A stretch of DNA of 64,000 nt from Candidatus Bathyarchaeota archaeon (GTDB lineage: Archaea; Thermoproteota; Bathyarchaeia; Bathyarchaeales; Bathycorpusculaceae), in assembly GCA_963717465.1 (NCBI GenBank), contig OY970340.1:640001-704000 (forward strand), given 5' to 3'. Under the pieces are notes generated by a model, which was not told the origin of the DNA, made no database searches, and saw nothing but the letters and a program-made list of their open reading frames with translations. The position numbers were made by a program, and so were the translations under genes. Of this stretch, positions 20,757-31,525 are shown one piece after another. Every line of letters begins with the position of its first letter. The stretch's first letter is position 1.

Positions 20757-21470
20757 CTATTTTTTCCTTGAACCCATTTTTTCGGTAATTTTGATAAACT
20801 GGCTAGAAGGCTTAGCTGTTCCAGCCGTGCTCTTATCAACGGCATCAGCTAATCCTTTTATTTTCTCCATCGGAATTGTTACAATAATGATGTTCTGGTC
20901 CCATCCTGCCATTCTCCTTGCACTTATGTCACCAACAGTAACATTGAAGTTACCTGACACAAGCGGGTAGGTTATGCTGCTCCAACAAAGCGACCCCCTC
21001 ATCTCAAACGACGGAGTCTTGCCATCCCAGAACTGAGCCAACGTAACAAGTCTCGAAACCTGTTCTGCATTCACAAGGAAGATAACTAAATCGGGCACAA
21101 AGACGTTTTTGCTGATCGGATAAAGAAAGACCTTGCTTGCAATACCAATAAGTGGTTTAGCAATCTTCTCAGATTCAATACGCGACCGAGTCGCCGTCTT
21201 AACATCACACCAAAGCTTCTCCCCTTCAACAAGAAATTTAAGCGGTATCTCTACTCTTTCAACAAGCCCAATATGGGTTCTTCCTCCAGGGCAAGAGCAG
21301 GTCTCCTTGGAGAGCATTATCACTTTGCCATCAGCAGCCTCTAATATACCATTACATACAGTATATTGACCCTCAGCAAGCTTGGCTGTAGGGAGATCAT
21401 CGGTGTATTTAACTCCCACTGCTTCCCTTTCAATACCCAGCGCCTCTCTTATTTTCTTAACCGCCTCCAT
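20757..21470 (-). CDS. DUF169-like protein
   Basis: AVGVK, C..G...G, PDLVIF..N.EQ, C/GD..AR pattern. Confidence 0.75.
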   Translation of the reverse strand: MEAVKKIREALGIEREAVGVKYTDDLPTAKLAEGQYTVCNGILEAADGKVIMLSKETCSCPGGRTHIGLVERVEIPLKFLVEGEKLWCDVKTATRSRIESEKIAKPLIGIASKVFLYPISKNVFVPDLVIFLVNAEQVSRLVTLAQFWDGKTPSFEMRGSLCWSSITYPLVSGNFNVTVGDISARRMAGWDQNIIIVTIPMEKIKGLADAVDKSTAGTAKPSSQFIKITEKMGSRKK

Positions 21471-21700
21471 CTTTAAACCATCCTTGAAACTTTAAGGAAA
21501 TACTAGACATGTCGCACATAATCAATTTTTCTCTTCACGCGCTACCTCATTCTTCACTTGCTATTTGCGACTAAATCGAGAGGTCAAAAGTCCTGTGTGC
21601 CAGTAGCAAACGCGTTATAGAAACTTAATCTGGCAAGAGGAGATGGAATTTAACTGGTGGGGATTTGCACTAGCATCGTGACACGCCATAGTGCGTTGGA

Positions 21701-21774
21701 GTGGACTGACGGGGATTTGAACTCCAGACTTCTTGCTTACAAGTCGAGCGTCCACACCAGGCTGAGGTTGAAGC
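21701..21774 (-). pseudogene. Decayed tRNA gene (Ala-like)
   Basis: Reverse complement retains CAGCCTGG (D-loop), CTTGTAA (anticodon-like loop), GTTCAAATC (T-loop) and ...GTCCAC end; stems are broken. Confidence 0.6.
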
Positions 21775-21792
21775 AATCTGCATAATTCTTAA

Positions 21793-21810
21793 GTACTACT
21801 GCCGTACTAC
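21793..21810 (+). promoter_or_regulatory. GTACTAC direct repeat upstream of the antitoxin (putative operator)
   Basis: GTACTAC at 21793 and 21804, 11-bp spacing. Confidence 0.45.
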
Positions 21811-21834
21811 CCCTTTTATGGACGGAATTTAATT

Positions 21835-22116
21835 TTGGGCGAAGAGGTTAAAGTTACAAGAAAATACCAAGTCACCATACCAGAAAGCGTACGTTCCAGA
21901 ATTGGAATTAAAATTGGCGACAAACTCGTTGTAAAATCTGAGGACAAACGCATAATAATGGAGACGACCGCTCATATTAGCAATCCTTCCGATACGCTCT
22001 GGAATCTTTTTGGCAAACCTATGGACATCGACGCGACTCGGCTCGTTGAAGAATCCTGGAACCAACCACACCTCACACAAAAAAGAAAGCGGCCAAGGAA
22101 GCAGAAGGAACACTAA
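21835..22116 (+). CDS. vapB: AbrB/MazE-family antitoxin
   Basis: VKVTRKYQVTIPESVR..IGIKIGDKL. Confidence 0.88.
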   Translation: MGEEVKVTRKYQVTIPESVRSRIGIKIGDKLVVKSEDKRIIMETTAHISNPSDTLWNLFGKPMDIDATRLVEESWNQPHLTQKRKRPRKQKEH

Positions 22117-22551
22117 TTGAGTTACTACGTTGACACTAACATTTTTGACTATTCTGCTTTGGCTCACCCAATCTACGGCAAAGCCTGCAAGCGCATAATC
22201 GACGACATCCAGAACAAAAAAATCGAAGCGAACTGCGGCTTTCTAGTTCCCATAGAACTCCTCGGTTCCCTCGCGAGGATAAACCCTGAAAAGGCAGCCT
22301 TAGCGCTTACGGCGTTTTTCTCACTACCCATAAACATGATACAAATCGACGAAAGAATACTTCAAACCGCAGCCACCATAATGCAAGAATCAAACGTAAG
22401 CTACGACGCTGTTCACGCCGCATGCATGAGGAATAGAGGCTTAGACACGATAATAACAGAAGATTTCGCAGACTGGAAAAAAATCAAAAACGTCAAAATC
22501 ATCCGACCCCTTGAATACTCAAAATTGGCTAAAGTCAAAAAGACTACTTGA
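22117..22551 (+). CDS. vapC: PIN-domain toxin
   Basis: YVDTNIF, E, YDAVHAA, TED.ADW; directly coupled to the antitoxin. Confidence 0.9.
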   Translation: MSYYVDTNIFDYSALAHPIYGKACKRIIDDIQNKKIEANCGFLVPIELLGSLARINPEKAALALTAFFSLPINMIQIDERILQTAATIMQESNVSYDAVHAACMRNRGLDTIITEDFADWKKIKNVKIIRPLEYSKLAKVKKTT

Positions 22552-22574
22552 GTGAACAGGGGAATTTGAACCCT
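22549..22574 (-). repeat. Second copy of a tRNA 3'-arm fragment (att-like)
   Basis: GAGTGAAC--AGGGGAATTTGAACCCT aligns with GAGTGGACTGACGGGGATTTGAACTCC at 21699. Confidence 0.5.
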
Positions 22575-22626
22575 ATGCACATTAGTGCAATAATGCTTAA
22601 TCTTCAAGCACTTTTCTTTTCTCAAC

Positions 22627-23153
22627 TTAGGCTCTTTTAGCCTTTCGTATCTGCATTTCCTCAGTTAATAGCCAAGTCTTGCCATTGTCATGTGTTTCTT
22701 CAGAACGCCACCGAAAAGACACTGACGTAATTTCAGAAAAATCCACTTCTCTGGAATGTCACTGTTTTGAAGTTCAAGAACAATTTCATCTTTGACCTTG
22801 CGGCCAATAAACATCTGCACTAAGCCTTTAAGAGGAGATAGCCAAGTACTGCGCCAAGCATCAATCTTGGAATCATAAAACCGAATCGTTGTCCCGAAAA
22901 GAACCATTTTGTCTTGGCCTTCAGGACAGCCCATCCAAACATCCTGAATTGCTGACCCGTTTAGAATCCAGCCGAAATGAACCTGCCCTCTCATCTGAAC
23001 CCACGTGCCATCCGCCTGAACATAGCGCGCCTTAACAATATCCCAGTCGCCAATAAACTGGCCAAAAAGCATCAACTTATCAGCGAATTTTGGATCAGGG
23101 CCTTCTGCCGCTAATCCTTCTATTTTCCAATTACCAATCGGTTGCTTAGACAT
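22627..23153 (-). CDS. Conserved hypothetical beta-barrel protein; frameshift near 22740
   Basis: FGQFIGDWD, FGWIL.G.AIQDVW, GTTIRFYD; C-terminus SFRWRSEE..DNGKTW lies in the shifted frame. Confidence 0.75.
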
Positions 23154-23417
23154 AGTTACCACTTAGACCATAGGTCCTGAATTGTATGCTTCTCAAAGCG
23201 GAATTAAATCTTCCTCATTTTCACTGACGAAAGCAGCTCAACTCTTTTGATATCGCCTGTAAGGAAACCAATACTGCCATCTTTCAATATAGTTGAAAAG
23301 CGATTGGTAGATCAGTGCTCCTTTGCTTAAGATTCGCTTTTACGCAACCCTTAAAACAGTTTTTGCATTATCTGTTGAACCCCACAAAAGCATTCAGACT
23401 TGGGAGGAAGAAGGGAC

Positions 23418-23972
23418 ATGCCAGAGAAAATATCCACGTTGGATTTCTGCTTTGAGAATTCGCTTGTCAAAATAGTGGCGAACAGAAATCAACCTGAAAT
23501 TAAACTGGCAGGATTAAAGGTAGGTCCCTTTGACGAAGGAAACGAGTATGAAATTTATTATTGGGCAGCAAAAGAGTTAGCTGCTGCTGGAATAGTTCAT
23601 TTTCGAGAGGATGACTGTTTAGATTCAACCAAACTCTACAAGATCCAGTGGAAAGAAGGCGTACAAATACCTGGACAAATATCCGACTTACCAGAGGATT
23701 TTTACCCGAAACTTCGCCGCTACTTAGCAGACGCAAAAGAAGAACTAACTAAACAACCGATAAAAGCACAGGAATTCGAAAAGACAAAGCATTTGGCTCA
23801 GGACATACTGCAGTTGCGTCTAAAGAAAATAATTGCTTTAGCCTCTGCACCCACACAAAGCGATCAGCTGCGAAAAAAATTCACACCTGAAGAAAAACTG
23901 ATTTTCGAGCAACTCTGCAAACTAATCAACGAGTGGAAAACCAAGATTCTGGAAATTGAACTCGGCAGGTGA
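23418..23972 (+). CDS. GINS complex subunit Gins23 (Psf2/3-like)
   Basis: W.AKEL, LPEDFY, R.KKI..LA, TPEEK; overlaps the mcm start. Confidence 0.82.
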   Translation: MPEKISTLDFCFENSLVKIVANRNQPEIKLAGLKVGPFDEGNEYEIYYWAAKELAAAGIVHFREDDCLDSTKLYKIQWKEGVQIPGQISDLPEDFYPKLRRYLADAKEELTKQPIKAQEFEKTKHLAQDILQLRLKKIIALASAPTQSDQLRKKFTPEEKLIFEQLCKLINEWKTKILEIELGR

Positions 23973-23977
23973 ATTTG

Positions 23978-26015
23978 ATGGCTAAAGAGTTAGAGATGGT
24001 TGACCCTCAAGAACTTTTTCTCGAATTTTTCAAGAAGGAGAAATACCGTCAAAGAATCTCGCAAATGTCGATCACTGGAAAAACATCAGTCACCGTTGAC
24101 TTCGAGGAGCTTTACGGATTTGACCATCAACTCGCAGAACTCCTGCTAAACAAGCCTGAAGAATACCTGCAGCACGCTGGAAACGCAGCCTACGCGCAAC
24201 TGAGGATTCAAGATCCAGAATACGCAGAAAAAATAGAAAAAGTAATAGTTAGAATTCGGCAACTACTTGGAAGAGAACAGCTGCGAAAACTCGGCTCAAA
24301 ACAAATGAGCAAACTAATAATGGTTGAAGGCATAGTAGTCAGAGCCACACCAGTACGCCCAATGGTTTTGCAAGGAGCATTCAAATGCAAAAGATGCGGA
24401 ACAATCAACAAAGTAGAACAAACAGGACAATTCCTCAAAGCACCCGCAGTCTGCGCAAGCACCTGATTGTGGAAAAGATGGACCATTCGAATTCGTCCAG
24501 GAAGAATCAACATTCATAGATTCACAAGACATACGTCTACAAGAAAGACCCGAAGAACTCCCACCAGGACAACTTCCACGCACCCTAAGCGTTAAACTTG
24601 TCGGCGATGAAATAGTGGATGTTGCAAGACCAGGCGACCACGTTTCAATAGTCGGAACCGTACGAGCCTTCGCCCCTTCACTAATGGGAATGGGAAAACT
24701 CCGCACATTCATCCTCCAATTAGATGCAAACTCAATAGAAGTCTTAGGAAAAGAACCAGAAACATCACCTCCAACCCCAGAAGAAGAAGAAAAAATCAAA
24801 GCTCTCTCAAAAGACCCATGGGTGCACAGAAAAATAATCAGATCAATCGCACCCTCAATCTTCGGCTATGAACACATTAAAGAAGCAATAATGTACCTGC
24901 TTTTCGGCGGAGTATCAAAAAGCCTTCCAGACATAACCATAAGAGGAGAAATGAATGCTCTTTTAATCGGTGATCCAGGCACAGCCAAATCACAACTCTT
25001 ACAGTACATAGCAAGAATAGCGCCAAGAGGATTATACACTTCAGGAAGAGGAACAACCGCAGCAGGCTTAACCGCCGCAGTCGTCCGAGAAAAAGGCGGA
25101 AGCATGTCGCTGGAGGCGGGAGCTCTCGTGCTAGCCGACAAAGGAATTGCCTGCATTGACGAAATGGATAAAATGCGTCCTGAAGACCGAGTTGCAATCC
25201 ACGAAGCTATGGAACAGCACACGGTTTCAGTTGCAAAAGGAGGCATCGTCGCCACTTTGAACGCTCGAACCGCAATTCTTGCAGCAGCCAACCCATCTTT
25301 AGGCAGATATGAACCGAACAGGACAGTTGCAGAAAACATTTCACTGCCAGTCACTATCCTGTCACGATTTGACTTGATTTTTGTTTTACGAGATGTGCCT
25401 AACAAAGATTCAGACGGAAAAATGTCAAAACATATTCTTGAAATTCACCGAAAAGGAGAAAGCCCCGTAGAAGCACAAGTAGATTCAGACTTATTGCGAA
25501 AGTATGTCAGTTACGCCAAAGGAATTAAGCCAGTGTTAAGTGAAGAAGCTGAGAAACGACTAAGCAACTTCTACTTAGCCATGCGTGGAGCCAGTGAAAC
25601 AGAAGGTTCACCAGTTGCAATTACTGCACGTCAACTTGAATCACTTGTCCGAGTATCTGAAGCAAGAGCACGTGTCGCTCTACGAAAAGAAGTAACCGCT
25701 GAAGACGCTGAAGCAGCAATCGCAATAATGAAACGGTCCCTGGAAGAAGTTGGAATAGACTTATCCTCATACAAAGTTGACATCGACCTAATCATGACGG
25801 GCAAACCAAAGAGCATCAGAGACAGATTACACATAGTTATTTCAGTACTGATGGAAATGGAGAAAGAAAGCGGCATAGTTGAAAAAGACAGACTAGTGAC
25901 TGAGTTGGAGACAAAACACAACATTCCAAGAGGCGAAATTGAACGCATGATAAGCCAACTACTACGCGAAGGCACAATCTATGAACCACGAGAAGGATGC
26001 CTAAAGAAAACCTAA
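23978..26015 (+). CDS. mcm: MCM replicative helicase; frameshift near 24455
   Basis: Zn finger CKRC, QERPE.LPPGQLPR, GDPGTAKSQ, IDEMDKM, SRFD, TARQLE. Confidence 0.96.
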
Positions 26016-26054
26016 AAACAAGCAATAAAACAGCAATACGAAATGCTTAGGATT

Positions 26055-26828
26055 TTAAGAAATATAAGTGGTTTTTTTATCTTCTTCTTTTCTTGTTTCT
26101 TCTGCTTGAATAGCTCTTTTTTCTTCAATCTGTTGCAGGCGAGTCACCATGGTATCAGCTTTTGCGATTTCCTTATCTAAGCCAGTTAAGTCTAATTCAA
26201 AGTTGAAAGCTGACCTCAAAATTCCAAAACACTTTTTGCCGCCAAAGGATCAGGCAGATAACCTCGTGTTTCACCTAAAAGGCAAAGAGCATCAATTTTC
26301 TTGAAACGAGATAACCCAAGTATTAATCCTGCTGTGCCCACAATTGGACTTCCAGAACTGCTTAATACTGCTCCTGCTTGAATAGCTTTATCCAAGAGTT
26401 CCTTTGAGGTTGCTGCAATGTACACTTTTGGTTTTTCTTTTGATTCCATTCGATAGCCGCCTATAGTCACGATTGTTTTCACGTTATGTTTTTGCGAGAA
26501 ATCAAGCATTGTGTCGGCGATTTCGTATTGACCTTCAATTGTTTGCGATTGGCTATCTCCAGTGAATAGGATTAAATCGTTTGTTTCATTAGGGTTTTTC
26601 CAGATAGTAGAATGTTCCACGCAGCAGACGCACATTTCCTTTTTTGTTAACAAGAACAAAATATGGAAAGTGCGGAGAATAAAGATGAGCGATTCTTTTA
26701 GCGTTTAATTGTTTGATTAGGTAACGGATGGCTATTTTGCCTACAAGCCCTAATCCTGGAAGCCCTTCAATAAGAACGGGATTATTTGGTTCGATTTGCT
26801 CGAATTCTTTAATGTATGTTTCCTTCAT
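26055..26828 (-). CDS. PAC2-family proteasome assembly chaperone (PbaA/B-like); two frameshifts
   Basis: EGLPGLGLVGKIA, FTGDSQ, LGETRGY.PDP. Confidence 0.88.
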
Positions 26829-26994
26829 TCTGAACTGCACTCCTTTTCATAGCCATTCGATACTTTAGATACTTGTCATCAGGCGAAAATTTTGCTGGAT
26901 GCGGAATTCGAACGTTACCACCACAATAAGGGCAATTATTCTTGTTTAACGTGTACTTTTGGCATTTAACGCATTTTCGTAAAAGCCAAACCAA
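26809..26994 (-). CDS. nop10: H/ACA RNP protein Nop10
   Basis: KC..C..YTL...CPYCG...PHPAKFSPDDKY..YR. Confidence 0.95.
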   Translation of the reverse strand: MVWLLRKCVKCQKYTLNKNNCPYCGGNVRIPHPAKFSPDDKYLKYRMAMKRSAVQNEGNIH

Positions 26995-27780
26995 CTATTT
27001 TTCCCTTCTAAAAGTGCCTTGTCCGCCAGCTTTGGTGATGTTTGACAAAACATTTTGTGCAGATTTTTGCAGAACATCTTCTGCTCGCTTGTAATCTTCA
27101 GCTAATGCTTCAATGCTGTATTTTGGTGCTGCAATAACATAGAATCTTACCGCCGCATTTTTCTTTTCAGACTTAGCTTTTAGGAATGCATCTTTTATAA
27201 TTTTTACTCCGTTAGGTTTCATGCAACGAATTTCAAGAACACCTTTCACTTTAACCATTTTAACCTGCATTCGTTCTTCAGCTACTTCTGCAAAAGCTTT
27301 GGCAATATTTTCGGGAACACCAATTTTCGTTAACGCTTCAGGCCCATCAATAACTGACTTTTTCAAAGCCCTCATACAATCCAAATTTTTCTTCCACTAA
27401 TGCTCCTGCTTTCTCATAAACTTCATCAGTGGTCAATCCAACTTTTTCTGCAACACCCCGGAGTAGCGCTTCTGCTTTTCTTTCTTTTTTCCACGAAAGA
27501 ACTTTTTCGATTCTTTCTCTTTTAGTAACTCGTCCTAAGCGAAAGGTCAATGTGTCCTTTTTCTAGGTCAACTCTTAAAACTTTAAGAACCATTTTTTGT
27601 CCTTCTCGGACAAAATCTCTGATGTTTCTTATCCAAGAAGAAGAAATTTCAGAAACATGAAGCAAGCCCTCGTTTATCGTACTCGTCAAGTTTAGCGTAA
27701 GCACCATAATCAGTTACAGTTTCTATAGTGGCAATTATTAAATCTCCAGTTTCTGGCCATTCAGGCTTACGCTCAGCCAT
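26995..27780 (-). CDS. eif2a: Translation initiation factor aIF2 alpha; multiple frameshifts
   Basis: MAERKPEWPETGDL, S1 domain LHVSEISSSWIRNI, HIDLSL, AAPKY across several frames. Confidence 0.93.
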
Positions 27781-27795
27781 TTTAAATTTCACTTC

Positions 27796-27993
27796 TTATT
27801 CGAGAACTGCTTGAATTTCCCCTTTAATTTTTGCTTTGCCGCCTGTTGGTTCAGCAAGTGTTTCACCGCACACGTTACAGGTGACTTTGTTGACGGCGTT
27901 GCTGAAGACTAATTGTTCGTTTCCGCATTTTAAGCATTTTACTCGCAGGAAGCTACTTTGTGGTTTGGGAATAAACTTGTTCCATTCAGTCAT
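27796..27993 (-). CDS. rps27e: 30S ribosomal protein S27e
   Basis: SFLRVKC..CGNEQ..F...[12 protein letters not shown]. Confidence 0.97.
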   Translation of the reverse strand: MTEWNKFIPKPQSSFLRVKCLKCGNEQLVFSNAVNKVTCNVCGETLAEPTGGKAKIKGEIQAVLE

Positions 27994-28010
27994 AACTTTT
28001 TCTCCATTAA

Positions 28011-28286
28011 TTATTGAATAACCAGTTTTCTTAGGCGAATTCCATCTTTATGCCGCATGAAACCACAGACTTTGCATTTTAAGCGCAGAGTTTGTTTTTT
28101 TGTGGTTTTAGCGAATTCTCTTTGAAGAGGATATTTTTGTCCACCGTACCCTTTTTTTTCTCGTTCATGGTGGCGTTCGCCTTTAGCTAAGGCTCTTCGT
28201 TTTCCAGCCTTGTATAGAGTAACTGCGTGAACTTGATGAGTTTTGCATTTCGGACAGTAAGTCTTAACTTCCTTGGGAACATTCAA
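28011..28286 (-). CDS. rpl44e: 50S ribosomal protein L44e (eL42)
   Basis: [26 protein letters not shown]. Confidence 0.97.
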   Translation of the reverse strand: MNVPKEVKTYCPKCKTHQVHAVTLYKAGKRRALAKGERHHEREKKGYGGQKYPLQREFAKTTKKQTLRLKCKVCGFMRHKDGIRLRKLVIQ

Positions 28287-28502
28287 TTTAAACACACCGA
28301 CTTTGCATAGAAGTAACGTACGCATTCTTATACTTTTTCGCTTTTTAACAAAAAAGCATGTTTTAGACGTGTATTTTCACTTTTACGGAGATTGAAGAAC
28401 ATCTCCATTTGAAGGCTGCTTAAATAAGCAAGTACTTTTTTCAATGTATCCATGCATGATTAATGCTAATAACATGTAAGGAAAAAGACCTCTTAAGGAT
28501 TC

Positions 28503-29051
28503 TTAAGAGGTTTCAATTAATTCAGCTATGCCTTGTTTAACCAAGAGTTTAGCGTTTTCAATAGGCACAGAAGCAACATCCTCTACTGCAAACGGTCCAT
28601 AGGTCTTCATATCAGCACCTATAATTGCTGGAACGGTTTTCGCGAACCGCAGACTTGCTCGTTTATGAGGCACCTCCACGTCAACCTTTGAAATTTGCCC
28701 CTGCAAAAGTCCTTTAGCGAATTTTTGATAACCATCCGTAAAAGGAACAAAAAGCTCAAAAATCTTGGCTTCTTCGAGAGCCAAAAGTTCCGAGTTTACT
28801 TTTTGACTGTCATGCGTCATCTTAACAAGCTTCTTGTACCGCAGCCAAACCAGTTCATTAAGCATGCGCTTAACATGCGTCAGTTCATGTTCAAGCAACG
28901 TTGCTTTGATCGATTTTCGGTCAAGCATTCTGTTCTCTTCTTTGATTCTTTTCAAGTAATCAGCAATTCGAACATAGAAATCAGATGGCAAGGCTCCAAG
29001 CGCATGATCTTGGGTTTCGCGTTGCCAAACAGCATACAGTTCATCATACAT
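28503..29051 (-). CDS. GINS complex subunit Gins15/51
   Basis: LPSDFY, R.KK, C-terminal B domain PAIIGADMKTYGPF..EDVASVP..NA..L; located next to priS. Confidence 0.88.
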   Translation of the reverse strand: MYDELYAVWQRETQDHALGALPSDFYVRIADYLKRIKEENRMLDRKSIKATLLEHELTHVKRMLNELVWLRYKKLVKMTHDSQKVNSELLALEEAKIFELFVPFTDGYQKFAKGLLQGQISKVDVEVPHKRASLRFAKTVPAIIGADMKTYGPFAVEDVASVPIENAKLLVKQGIAELIETS

Positions 29052-30279
29052 TCAATTTGTCACCTCTGCTCTACCTTTGCAGATAAGCATAACTGCGGCT
29101 GCTACGGGCAAATCAACTGTTTCATTTTTGTAAGGACCCAAGGTTTCTCCGCCCAATCTAAATTCTGGAGCATCAGAGACTAACACTTTCGCTTTTCCCT
29201 TTTTAAAAACTACGGCTTCAGTGAAGGGATCAAAATCATGCAAATGCTTAGCTGGAAACTCGATTTTTTTTAATCCAGTCTTACCATGTAAAGTTCCATT
29301 CATTCTAATTAAGCGATGAATATCCGTCGTGACAACAGTGTCAATCTTTGAGGTTTGAGCTTCTTTAACATGTAGAGCCATCTTTTTCCATGAACTATCA
29401 CCAAGTTTATTCACGCCGCCCCAGACGCCATCTGTTAAACTCCTTTGTAATATTTTTTCTTTATTTCCAACAATTAAACTGGTAGTAGGCTCTTTCAACC
29501 CAATATTTTTTAAGTCTTCCTTTGTGGCATTACGGATAAAAACTTGCATGCCATCCTTAATCCGCTTATCCCACCCAGCATCAGCCAGCTTGAATCCTTG
29601 GGAAGACTTTTTCGCTTTTACCTTACTATCTTTTTCAAACAATGATAAACCTACACCTGTAACGTAATCAGCAATTTCTTTTCTAGCCAAGCCATCCAGA
29701 GTTCTTATTGATTCGTCTTCAACATGCACATGATAACCACGGTGACCAGAAAAAAACACGCGAATTTCGTCTAAGCTGAACCCAAAATCTTTTTCCAACA
29801 TGTCTATCAGCTTGCCAGTCTCCTCTCTAGCTGACTGCAAACAAAGATCACAAGGCCAAGTTTTAGTTTCAAATTTTTGTCCTTCACACGCAGGGCAAAC
29901 TTCCGGAGCTAATCCTTTACCGCTAAAGCCACATTTCCCGCATTTGAATTCGTCATGGATTTTGTTGCAGAGGGTGGGAATGTGGTCAGCGTCGATGTCG
30001 AAAACTAAGTCAGCGCCAGTCCAGCCTTTCTTTTCCATATCGTAGTCTGGGTTTTCATAATAAGCGCATGAATGGTAAACGTCTGATGGCGCAAACTGTC
30101 TCAGTACCGCCATAAAATCTTCGATCTTGTTAAATCTTTTATGCCTAATCATAAAACGCTCTTTAAACATTAAATAAGCAAATTCTCGTTGATTCAAAGT
30201 AACCGGCGAAGGAATACTTAGTAGAGGAATCGCGGTAATATTCACAAAATTTTGAATAAACAAAGTCTCGAGAAGACAT
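29052..30279 (-). CDS. priS: DNA primase catalytic subunit; frameshift near the N-terminus
   Basis: REFAY, LVFDIDAD, FSGHRGYHV, IDTVVT.DIHRLIR..GTLHGKTG. Confidence 0.95.
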
Positions 30280-30456
30280 TACCACTTCCTCTTTCAACGC
30301 CCGTTACTAATGGATTAGAACAAGAATTTAACTTATTCCACATTACCTGCGAATTCACAAATCACTATTTAGTTGAAAAGAATTTTCAAATTAGCCATCC
30401 TTTAAGGTTAAGCATTACAACTGTTGAAGCGAAAAAGCATGAGTCAATGTGGTATG

Positions 30457-31197
30457 TTAGTTGTTAAGTAATACTTTAAGGATGTAGGATAAGTAGCTTT
30501 TAAATTCAACTGATGTTAGCTTTGATTTTCCACGTTTCCTGTTTACGAAACAAATTGGAGATTCATTAACTTTGAAATCCCTTATAGACGCTTGCCTTAT
30601 TGTTTCAATTTGAATTTCATAGGTTTGACTATGCAAGCTGCTAATAACAACTTTTAGAAAATCCGTAGAATAACATCTGAAACCGCTAGTGCAATCATGA
30701 AGATCTAAATTGAAACAAAATTGGGCGATTGCGTTTGCTGTACGGCTGATGACTTTTCTGGTTAGGGGCCAACCTCTTATTTCGCCACCTTTAATGTATC
30801 TGCTTCCTATCGTAATGCCGCAGCCATTTTTCATTGTAGATACCAATTGAGGTATTACTTGTGGATTATGTGAATAATCAGCATCCATCGTAATAACATA
30901 CTTTGGAACATGAGGTAAATTCAGGAAAATCTTGAAACCATCTGTTATGGCGGAGCCTAAACCTAATTTTTTAGGTCTATTATAAAGAAGAATATTGCCA
31001 TATTCCTTTTGCAAATTTAATACTTTTTCAGCTGTTTTATCTGGACTTGAATCATCAATAACTAGAATGCTAGTTTTAAATTTTAAATTTTCAATTTCAT
31101 GAATTAAATTCTCAATATTTTCCTCTTCACGATAAGTAGGAAGAAGTACACCAACCTCTGAATCAACCGCCAAGTTACCATTTACCGCGTAACCCAT
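30457..31197 (-). CDS. Polyprenol-phosphate mannosyltransferase (GT2, DPM1-like)
   Basis: PTYRE, IDDSSPD, MDADYSH, GSRY, DCTSGFR. Confidence 0.9.
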   Translation of the reverse strand: MGYAVNGNLAVDSEVGVLLPTYREEENIENLIHEIENLKFKTSILVIDDSSPDKTAEKVLNLQKEYGNILLYNRPKKLGLGSAITDGFKIFLNLPHVPKYVITMDADYSHNPQVIPQLVSTMKNGCGITIGSRYIKGGEIRGWPLTRKVISRTANAIAQFCFNLDLHDCTSGFRCYSTDFLKVVISSLHSQTYEIQIETIRQASIRDFKVNESPICFVNRKRGKSKLTSVEFKSYLSYILKVLLNN

Positions 31198-31525
31198 GAA
31201 TACCTACTCACTCAGTTAGTACCTAGTTGCTGTATTAGCAAGTTTACATTACCTTATAAATCTTAACAAATATAAGAAAAGAAGAGACCGCTATAAAGCT
31301 TATTTCTCGTTTATAATACGTTTATGTTATGCATGGGACAGCAAATTTGCGACCGGAAAACATCGCTAACCTAGCAACTTACTAGTTAATATGCGGTATC
31401 GAATATATCAATCTTCTCAGACTTTAGCACAGACTTTAGTAACTTTTAACTTATACTAAAGTAATCAGACAGTAGATGGCTGTTGCAAATGCAGGTGAGT
31501 TAGTATTCCTGTAACCATATCGGAC

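Noticed and set aside
21701..21774. Functional tRNA (Thr-TGT or Ala)
   Set aside because: Acceptor and anticodon stems do not pair; kept only as a pseudogene.
13302..25975. Long antisense ORFs (13302-13913, 24314-24799, 24866-25405, 25631-25975)
   Set aside because: Shadows of rfcL and mcm on the opposite strand.
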